From the IMG/VR virus record IMGVR_UViG_3300032397_003421: a DNA stretch of 64,000 bases, one strand, 5' to 3'. Of this stretch, positions 56,889 through 64,000 are shown in pieces. A program made the position numbers and the translations under genes. The first letter of the stretch is position 1; every line of letters begins with the position of its first letter. Source of the DNA: an uncultured virus (IMG/VR IMGVR_UViG_3300032397_003421) (lineage: Duplodnaviria > Heunggongvirae > Uroviricota > Caudoviricetes). The notes under the pieces were generated by a model that was not told the origin of the DNA, ran no database searches, and saw only the letters and a program-made list of their open reading frames with translations.

Positions 56889-58901
56889 ATGGTTAATATA
56901 AACAAAGAACAGTTAATAGATGATAAATATAACGATTTATCAATTGAAGAAAAACAAACTCTATATAAGATGTATTTTGATAAAGAAACTAGAGATGAAC
57001 TTAAAAAACAAGTTGAAAGTATAATATATTATTCTACTCCTCCAACACCAGAAGAATTTCTTGATCCTACTAATGGTTGGTTATCTGGATCATTTGTACA
57101 AAGTATATATCCATGGGTAAAAGCTGAATTTTTAGAATGTTTAGATAAAGAAAAAAAATATAATAAAATAGTACAATATGGATCAACAAGGATTGGTAAA
57201 ACATATCTAGCAATATTACTTATTACTTATACAATAGTATTTATACATTTTCTTAGAGAACCCGCAATGTATTATGGATTATCACCTCTTACAGATCTTG
57301 CTATATACATTATATCCTTTAAATATGATAAAACTAGAGAATTGTATTTACGTCCTATGTTTAAAATGATGGAAAAATCAGATAGATTTATACAAGTAAA
57401 ATTTCAAGATAAAGTAGCAACAGAACAAAGAAGGTTAGGTCGAGATAAAATTGTATATAGTAAAGCTTCAACTTCAGGAGAAATTACTTTAGCATCTGGA
57501 TTACAATTACAATTAGGTAATGATGATGCATTAGCTTTTATAGGGTCTAATATAATTTCTGCCTATATATCAGAAATTTCATTTTGGGTTGAAAATGCAG
57601 GAGCAACAGAAGAAAATATTTTTAGATTATATACAGATATTGCAGATAGAATTAAAGCTACTGTTGGTGAAGATTATTTAACATTTCTTTATCTTGATAC
57701 TTCTGCAAATAATGTAGATTCAATAATAGAAAAACATATACTTACTGAATTAAGATATAGAGAAGGAGTAAGATTCAATTGGGTAACTAGATGGGAAGCT
57801 CTTCCTAATAATGGTAAAAATTTTAAAAAATGGCATAAAACTGGAGAAACATTTAAAGTAATTACTGGTAATGGATCTATTCCTGCAGCTATAGTTACAG
57901 ATAATAGACAATTAGAAGATATACCATTAGATTTAATTATCAATGTTCCAATAGATTCTTATGATGCATTTAAAGATAATCTTATAAAAAGTATTAAGGA
58001 TATCGCTGGTAGGCCCACGGTGTCAGAGAATAAGTTTATTAATAATGTTGAACTAATTACAAACATGTTTAATAATTCTTTATTAAACAATATTGAAGGA
58101 GCTATAATAGCAGATTCTAATTCAATGCCTGAAAAATTATTATGGAATCAAATTAATACAAATTTATTTTTTCATAGAACACCTTCTAATTCTTTTCAGA
58201 TAAATAGGGCAATTGGAGCTCCTAGATTTGTTGGATTAGATACAAGTTATTCTATAAATGGAGATGCTACAGGAATAACAATTCTTCATAAAGAGTACGA
58301 TATAGAAAAAAAAGAATGTGTTTATGTAGTAGATTTAAGTTGTGCTATAATAGGAAAAGAAAAAGGAATAAATTTAGAAGCAGTTCCATATTTATTATTA
58401 GATTTAATTTCTGAAGCTGGATTGCCTATTTATGCTCTTTATATAGATACTTTTCAAAGTGAAACAGGTAAACAATTTTTGGAAAGAAACAATGTAAAAG
58501 TAATAAAACAAAGTGTTGATAGAGATGTAGTTCCTTATCAAATACTACTTACGACTATGATTAATGGTTTAGTTAAATCAGGAAGAAATATATTTTTAAA
58601 GAATAATTTACAATGTTTAATGGTTACCAAATCTCAAACAGGCAAAGACAAAATAGATCATCCAGAAGGGGTAATAAATAATAAATATAATAGTGATTGG
58701 AATAAGTCAATTTGTGGTACTTTTGCTAAAGATGTAAGTGATTCACTAGCTAATGCTTTATATGGTGCGTTTGTATCGAATATATCTCCTACAATTATAT
58801 ATCAAGAAGAAAATAAAAGATTTTCTAAAGATATAATTGATACTAAAGATATTATAAATAAAGCATTAATAAATCTTTTGAAAACTCGTCCACATCTATA
58901 A
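56889..58901 (+). CDS. terminase large subunit
   Basis: Walker A GSTRIGKT, Walker B AYISE, RNase-H-like RFVGLDTS...GDATG, DTFQS, KIDHP...KDVSD. Confidence 0.9.
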   Translation: MVNINKEQLIDDKYNDLSIEEKQTLYKMYFDKETRDELKKQVESIIYYSTPPTPEEFLDPTNGWLSGSFVQSIYPWVKAEFLECLDKEKKYNKIVQYGSTRIGKTYLAILLITYTIVFIHFLREPAMYYGLSPLTDLAIYIISFKYDKTRELYLRPMFKMMEKSDRFIQVKFQDKVATEQRRLGRDKIVYSKASTSGEITLASGLQLQLGNDDALAFIGSNIISAYISEISFWVENAGATEENIFRLYTDIADRIKATVGEDYLTFLYLDTSANNVDSIIEKHILTELRYREGVRFNWVTRWEALPNNGKNFKKWHKTGETFKVITGNGSIPAAIVTDNRQLEDIPLDLIINVPIDSYDAFKDNLIKSIKDIAGRPTVSENKFINNVELITNMFNNSLLNNIEGAIIADSNSMPEKLLWNQINTNLFFHRTPSNSFQINRAIGAPRFVGLDTSYSINGDATGITILHKEYDIEKKECVYVVDLSCAIIGKEKGINLEAVPYLLLDLISEAGLPIYALYIDTFQSETGKQFLERNNVKVIKQSVDRDVVPYQILLTTMINGLVKSGRNIFLKNNLQCLMVTKSQTGKDKIDHPEGVINNKYNSDWNKSICGTFAKDVSDSLANALYGAFVSNISPTIIYQEENKRFSKDIIDTKDIINKALINLLKTRPHL

Positions 58902-59011
58902 TTTTTTAAATAAATGTTGTAAGAAGTCTATAAGTTTTTAACTTATAAATAGTTCATTTACTAATAATTACTAATAAGTTCGCTAAAGAGAAAATTATAC
59001 AGGTGATATAG

Positions 59012-59383
59012 ATGGTAACTTTAAATTTTGAAGTTGTTGGCAATAAAGAAATTTCTGACCAATACTCATCAGAAAATTTGACATTAACTGGAAAGTTGGA
59101 AAGAGAAATGTATGAATTAACATCTACAGATGGTTGGATTACTAATTCTATTTCTAAAATAGGTACTATATCAAAAATTATTGCAAATGTAGAAGATCCA
59201 AGTAATACTCTTGCTACAGCAAATTTAAGAATTGTTTATGATTCATCTGGTATTGTTATTCCCATAAATGGTATATTTGTTTATTCTGTAGATACTGTAT
59301 TTGCTAATTTAATTACAAGTATAGATATGTCTACAAATAGTATTCTTCCAATGAATTGTAATCTTAGTATCTTAGGAATTTAA
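59012..59383 (+). CDS. hypothetical (likely structural) protein
   Basis: Double TACTAATA upstream; AGGTG RBS. Confidence 0.6.
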   Translation: MVTLNFEVVGNKEISDQYSSENLTLTGKLEREMYELTSTDGWITNSISKIGTISKIIANVEDPSNTLATANLRIVYDSSGIVIPINGIFVYSVDTVFANLITSIDMSTNSILPMNCNLSILGI

Positions 59384-59390
59384 ATTTAAA

Positions 59391-60092
59391 ATGAAAAGAT
59401 ATGTAAGATATTTTGGTATAGATGATTCATTTAAAATTACAGAAGCAATTATTAATCCTAATTTATATTTAGATCAAATTAAAAAAGATTTAAATGATTT
59501 ATCATTCTTTAAATTCAAAAATGTTTCTTTAAAAAATATATCATTTAAATTAAATATAATTTTTAGAAAAAGTAAGATTCAATTTATACCTCAATCAAAT
59601 ATAAATGATGATCCTTATGAGCCAAATATTAAATTTGGTATAAATAGTGGGGCAACTATATCTAATAAAACAAATGATATAGGTATCTTTATAAATGAAA
59701 ATATTGTAAGAAGTTTGCAGAATAAAGAGGCATACCCATTTTTTGTAAAATGGTTACTTTTTGTTTTAAAACATGAATTAGTTCATAGAGGTCAACATTT
59801 AAAGGTTAAAGATGCTAAATTAAGAAATGAAGTATTTCAAAAATCTCCAAAAGATAGACGAGAATATTTATCTGATAAACAAGAAATTATGGCAAGAGCT
59901 TGGGAAATTATTGAACTTTTTAAATTATTTAATTATCAACAAGATAAAATTCGGGAAATATTAAAATCAAAAGAATTAGAAAAATATCAAAATTTCACAT
60001 TAAGAGTTTATCATGATGAATTTACTATGAAGGATTGGCAATTAAAATTACTGTATAAATATATGTATATGTATCTTGAGGAGGATGAATAA
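59391..60092 (+). CDS. HExxH metalloprotease-like protein, paralogue 4
   Basis: HELVHRGQ plus EIMAR; MKRY leader. Confidence 0.7.
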   Translation: MKRYVRYFGIDDSFKITEAIINPNLYLDQIKKDLNDLSFFKFKNVSLKNISFKLNIIFRKSKIQFIPQSNINDDPYEPNIKFGINSGATISNKTNDIGIFINENIVRSLQNKEAYPFFVKWLLFVLKHELVHRGQHLKVKDAKLRNEVFQKSPKDRREYLSDKQEIMARAWEIIELFKLFNYQQDKIREILKSKELEKYQNFTLRVYHDEFTMKDWQLKLLYKYMYMYLEEDE

Positions 60093-60095
60093 AAA

Positions 60096-60332
60096 ATGGT
60101 AAAATTTTTAATGAATGTTAAAATATACTTAATAACAATACTCACTATTATTTTTATAATAATTATATTTGTAGGTATAGTTGCTTTTGTATTATATCTT
60201 AAAAATAATAATAAAAAATTACAAATAATTCCAACATTTAAAATTATAGATTGTAAAAAAGAAGATAATTTAAATACTCTTTCTGAATCAATTAATATAG
60301 CAAAAGAAATATTATCAAAGGTAAAAAAATGA
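60096..60332 (+). CDS. N-anchored membrane protein (spanin-like candidate)
   Basis: Long N-terminal hydrophobic helix; overlaps next gene. Confidence 0.5.
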   Translation: MVKFLMNVKIYLITILTIIFIIIIFVGIVAFVLYLKNNNKKLQIIPTFKIIDCKKEDNLNTLSESINIAKEILSKVKK

Positions 60333-60763
60333 AAAAATTAATATTAGTTATATTATTTATATGTGTTAGCAGTTTACTTTATGGAATAGATAATAATATT
60401 TATATAACACAATCTGATAAAATTATTGGTAGATTTACTCCAGAACAATTTGAAACTCTTGTACAAGGTGCTGATAAATATAAAGAAATTATGTTAGCTC
60501 AAGTAGAAAAAAGAGTAAATATTGTTTGTTCAGAAATTAAGGAAACAGATATAAAAGGAGAATATAAAACTAATATTCGTATTATCTGGATAAATAAAAA
60601 TAATATGGAAATAAATTTTATTGAAGTAGAACTTATATTAAATATAGATAATGATACTTCTCAAAATATACCTGAATGGAGAATTGTATATCGAGATCTA
60701 TCAGAAATTGGTTTTCCAATAACAGGAGGACTTTTAATTCTTATATTAGTACTTTTTTTATAA
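60329..60763 (+). CDS. secreted protein with C-terminal TM (spanin-like candidate)
   Basis: Signal peptide MKKLILVILFICVSSLLYG; C-terminal GGLLILILVLFL. Confidence 0.55.
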   Translation: MKKLILVILFICVSSLLYGIDNNIYITQSDKIIGRFTPEQFETLVQGADKYKEIMLAQVEKRVNIVCSEIKETDIKGEYKTNIRIIWINKNNMEINFIEVELILNIDNDTSQNIPEWRIVYRDLSEIGFPITGGLLILILVLFL

Positions 60764-60808
60764 TAATTTATAATATTATATTACTAATAAATATAAAGAG
60801 GAAATCAA

Positions 60809-61558
60809 ATGTCAGATATTTTAATAGAAGATAATTATTTAAATCTTATAAAAAAAGTCATTGCTGCGCCGATGGTCGATTCACTTTTATTAGATGACGA
60901 AGAAATAAAAGATCTTTGTATATTCCCTGTTTTACAGCGATATTTTACAAAATTTCCTCTTAAAGAGGAATATACTGCTTCAATAAATGGAGAAACATTT
61001 GTAACATTTCCAGACGATTACACCTTCGGTGTTTTAGATGCAAGAGTAGTGGATATTGGATTACTTCCGGGAAGTGGTACATCATTTTGGGATTTAATTT
61101 TATTTATGAATACAACATCAAATACAGCAACAATTAAAGGTGTTGGTGCTTATGGTGTAAAAGGTTATAATCCATCACAGTTAATGCAACAAAGAGATAT
61201 GGAAAGATATAGATTTAAATCTCAACAAAATATGTATACAACTATTAAAACAAGAGTAGATACAGAAAATAGAAAACTAATTGTATATAGCTCTATTACT
61301 GGAGCATTGAATGTTACTTGGGCTAAATATAGTAATAATTTTGCTGATGTTAAATTTGAAAGACGAGATGATGTAATTAAACTTTGTCAGGCAGAAGTTT
61401 TAGATCATTTATCAGATAGTGCTTCTATATTAGTAGATTCCGGGTTGGAAATAAATATAAATATCGAGAAATTAAGTGAAAGAGCCTCTAAATTAAAAGA
61501 AGATATTCAAACAAAATGGGATGCTATCCCTGATAATATTTTTGTTCACATGGTATAA
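60809..61558 (+). CDS. neck / head-tail adaptor protein (gp13-like)
   Basis: LIKKVIAAP....L.DEEI...C; C-terminal ININ..L..RA..LKE.I...W; TACTAATA upstream. Confidence 0.55.
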   Translation: MSDILIEDNYLNLIKKVIAAPMVDSLLLDDEEIKDLCIFPVLQRYFTKFPLKEEYTASINGETFVTFPDDYTFGVLDARVVDIGLLPGSGTSFWDLILFMNTTSNTATIKGVGAYGVKGYNPSQLMQQRDMERYRFKSQQNMYTTIKTRVDTENRKLIVYSSITGALNVTWAKYSNNFADVKFERRDDVIKLCQAEVLDHLSDSASILVDSGLEININIEKLSERASKLKEDIQTKWDAIPDNIFVHMV

Positions 61559-61625
61559 ATTTTGGATAAGGCTGTACCCTGATAAGATATATAAATCTCT
61601 AACTTTTATATATTTTCCAATATTT
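61558..61625 (+). ncRNA. structured RNA motif copy 2 (possibly c4-2-like)
   Basis: TTGGA-TAAGGCTGTACCCTGATAAG-ATATATAAA..TTTTATATAT-TTTCCAA. Confidence 0.45.
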
Positions 61626-61681
61626 TTTAAAATATTTATATTAATAAATAATAGAAAATTACAGTTTTTTATTATTTCAAA

Positions 61682-62701
61682 ATGTTAGAGGTAAGTAGAA
61701 AGATGAATAAATTTTATGTATATGTATATGTTTATTGTAACCCCTTAAAACCCGGAAGTTATAGTTATATGGAAAACGGAATAGGTATAGATTTTCCCTG
61801 TGCTCCATTTTATATTGGAAAAGGAAAAGATTTGAGATTAGATTCTCATTTAAAAGAAGCTAAAAAATATTATGATATCATCGAAGAAGAAACTATTAAA
61901 GAAGAAAAACTAAAATACAACAGACATAAAATAAATACTATAAATCAAATTCAAAGAGAAGGAGAAGAAATAATTATTTATAAAATTTGTGAGAAGTTAG
62001 AAGAAGAAACTTCTTATTTATTGGAAAGATTTTTTATAAAGTTAATTGGAAGAAAAGATAAAAAATTAGGTATTTTAACAAATATGACTGATGGCGGCGA
62101 GGGAGTTAGTGGCGCAATTATGCCAACTCCTTGGAATAAAGGACTAACTAAAGATGATAATATTTCTATTTTAATGATTGGAATAAATACATCAAATTCT
62201 CTTATTGAATATTATAAGAATGGTGGCAGTCATTGGAGTAGAGGGAAAATTGGTGTTTTTTCAAATGAAACATTGAAAATAATGAGTGATAAAAAATTAG
62301 GAAAATCAAGCCCCAGAAAAGGGCAAAAAAATTCAGAAGAATCTAAGAAAAAATGTTCTGATTCTCATAAAGGAATAAAACAATCAAAAATTACTATTCA
62401 AAAAAGAAGTGAGGCAATGAAAATAAGTTTAAAAAATAAAAACTTAATGAGTGTTAATCCAATTTCTCAATATAGTTTACAAGGAGATTTTATAAAAACC
62501 TATCAAAATTGCTATATAGCAGAACAAGAATCTGGAATTAGTGCGAAAATTATTAGAAGCCAAGCTAGAAGCAATAAACAAAATATTAAAAGACAAAAAG
62601 AAAGAAGAAAATTTATTTGGGTGTATGTAACAGATCTTAAAGATAAAATAGAAGAGAAATGGTTACAAATTCCTGATATTAGTTTTATTCATATGTGTTA
62701 A
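61682..62701 (+). CDS. GIY-YIG homing endonuclease with NUMOD3/NUMOD1-like repeats (likely start 61703)
   Basis: FYVYVY...PFYIGKG...R...H, LTNMTDGGEG, SEESKKKCSDSHKG, ISQYSLQGDFIKTY. Confidence 0.85.
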   Translation: MLEVSRKMNKFYVYVYVYCNPLKPGSYSYMENGIGIDFPCAPFYIGKGKDLRLDSHLKEAKKYYDIIEEETIKEEKLKYNRHKINTINQIQREGEEIIIYKICEKLEEETSYLLERFFIKLIGRKDKKLGILTNMTDGGEGVSGAIMPTPWNKGLTKDDNISILMIGINTSNSLIEYYKNGGSHWSRGKIGVFSNETLKIMSDKKLGKSSPRKGQKNSEESKKKCSDSHKGIKQSKITIQKRSEAMKISLKNKNLMSVNPISQYSLQGDFIKTYQNCYIAEQESGISAKIIRSQARSNKQNIKRQKERRKFIWVYVTDLKDKIEEKWLQIPDISFIHMC

Positions 62702-62728
62702 ATAACAAATTCAATTTATATTTTTAAA

Positions 62729-63142
62729 TTATCTTTGAGTTATCTCTAATTTATTTTTTTCTGCTTCTTCTTTTATTCCTTTCATTTTACCAACTATTGA
62801 CATAATAGACATAGCAAAATCTTCTATTTGAGTACTCATTTTAGTTGCTACAAATGAATTTTTTTTTGCGCACTTTCTATTTTCATATTCTTTATTTTCT
62901 ACTTCTTTTGCTTTACTTTTATATACTTTTATTGAATCTTCTAACATTGATATTTGTGCTTGTAGTTCTTGAATTTCTAGACTGTGTTCTCTATTTAAAT
63001 GAATAGTATTATCTTGTAATTTTTCTTTCCAAAATTTTTCATCTAGATGCTTTTGTTTTTTCTTTCCTTGTAAGATCATATCATTTATATCAGTTAACAT
63101 AAAAAGTTTTATTATAAATTTTTTAACCATTACATTCCTCAT
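62729..63142 (-). CDS. coiled-coil hypothetical protein
   Basis: ORF with AAGGA RBS. Confidence 0.6.
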   Translation of the reverse strand: MRNVMVKKFIIKLFMLTDINDMILQGKKKQKHLDEKFWKEKLQDNTIHLNREHSLEIQELQAQISMLEDSIKVYKSKAKEVENKEYENRKCAKKNSFVATKMSTQIEDFAMSIMSIVGKMKGIKEEAEKNKLEITQR

Positions 63143-63410
63143 TTATACATCCTTTATTCATCTTTTTAATATTATATATGCTAACTTTCTCTGATTTAAG
63201 TTTTTTGATTGAAATAATATAATCTAGTTCTCTCTTGCTTTGCTCATTTATTAACCTTTTTGAGTATAACAATTTTGTCGGATAGTTTTACAATTATCCC
63301 CTCCCTGTCTCTAATATCTTGTTTTAAAGTTTTATTTTCTGATTCGAGTTGAGATACTTTTTTACTCAGCCTATAATTCTCCGTCAAAGCTTCTTCATAT
63401 TTTTTCTGAT

Positions 63411-63605
63411 TCATACTTCCTCCTCGTCATATCTCCATTTTATAACATCTATGGCCAAACCTCCACCAGAAACAACACATCTCCATTCTTTTTTACAGCA
63501 TCCACATAAATATGCATACCCTTCGTATCCATTAGAATGAATTACCTTCAATGTTTTTTTTGGTTCTGGAATTTTATCCGGATAATTATACCATTTACTC
63601 ATCAT
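63411..63605 (-). CDS. small DUF551-like protein
   Basis: KWYNYPDKIPE...VIKWRY. Confidence 0.55.
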   Translation of the reverse strand: MMSKWYNYPDKIPEPKKTLKVIHSNGYEGYAYLCGCCKKEWRCVVSGGGLAIDVIKWRYDEEEV

Positions 63606-63973
63606 TCCTCCTCAAATATCTCTAATAAACAATTCAACAAGGCACATTCGAGTTGAGTTAGATTTTCTGGTTGATATTCCAAATAATCAAATGTTGTTAA
63701 ACAACAATCTTCTTTCCTTGTTAAGAGGCTGACCCCCTTTGAATAGAGATGTACAAATTTATTAGTTTTTAAATTATTCCAGCCCTCAACTGCCCGATGA
63801 ATGAGGAGAGGGAAATTCATACTATCTTTAAATTTATCAATATATTTTAAAATAATACTATATTGTACCATTGGTATAGGATGATCGGTTACTTCAAACC
63901 CTTCCGCAAGTTCACACATCCATTTTATAAACTCTGGCGTACATCTGTCTTTTAATTCTTTTTCCGTTATCAT
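63602..63973 (-). CDS. hypothetical protein
   Basis: GAGG RBS; coupled to 63411..63605. Confidence 0.6.
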   Translation of the reverse strand: MITEKELKDRCTPEFIKWMCELAEGFEVTDHPIPMVQYSIILKYIDKFKDSMNFPLLIHRAVEGWNNLKTNKFVHLYSKGVSLLTRKEDCCLTTFDYLEYQPENLTQLECALLNCLLEIFEEE

Positions 63974-64000
63974 AATTTGTGCCTCAAAGTTCTTTCATTA

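Noticed and set aside
17819..57943. Antisense ORFs such as 17819..18127, 19816..20235, 27893..28288, 28498..28728, 34049..34513, 43956..44228, 50190..50591 and 57689..57943
   Set aside because: They lie opposite well-supported genes, lack an RBS and have shadow-like composition.
19199..58901. Introns or inteins in portal, capsid, terminase or ligase
   Set aside because: ORFs are continuous, of ordinary length, and show no intein C/S...HN motifs.
61575..61590. Hammerhead ribozyme suggested by CTGATAAG
   Set aside because: Not CUGANGA, and no correctly placed GAAA/NUH core.
1..64000. Stop-codon reassignment suggested by a few in-frame stops (33922, about 2725, about 50871)
   Set aside because: These are TAA, the main stop codon here. 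Core genes are full length in code 11, and TAG/TGA terminate genes at sensible positions.

Overview
A very AT-rich 64-kb segment of a large tailed dsDNA phage with a T4-like head module. The morphogenesis genes are scattered across the window: portal 19.2 kb, major capsid 29.6 kb, prohead protease-scaffold 31.4 kb, fibre cluster 37.6-47.2 kb, large terminase 56.9 kb, neck-like gene 60.8 kb. Also present are a DnaG-like primase, an AEP-like prim-pol, an ATP-dependent ligase next to a WGR-PARP, a sigma-factor-like gene, a STAS anti-anti-sigma factor that hints weakly at a spirochaete host, and homing-type endonucleases. Three IS200/IS605 elements (IscB with omega-RNA, solo TnpB, TnpA+TnpB) share one terminal hairpin, and several miniature derivatives occur. 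The most striking unexplained pattern is that about 16 otherwise unrelated genes begin with the same short leader, M-K/N-R/K-Y...hydrophobic-x-E. This resembles a capsid-targeting, protease-cleaved tag shuffled onto cargo: four HExxH metalloprotease paralogues, two nucleotidyltransferases and small DUF proteins. A TACTAATA motif sits about 25-50 nt upstream of many structural operons and also marks a probable scaffold gene nested in the protease gene. All family names come from visual motif recognition; no searches were run. No tRNA, rRNA or CRISPR array was seen.
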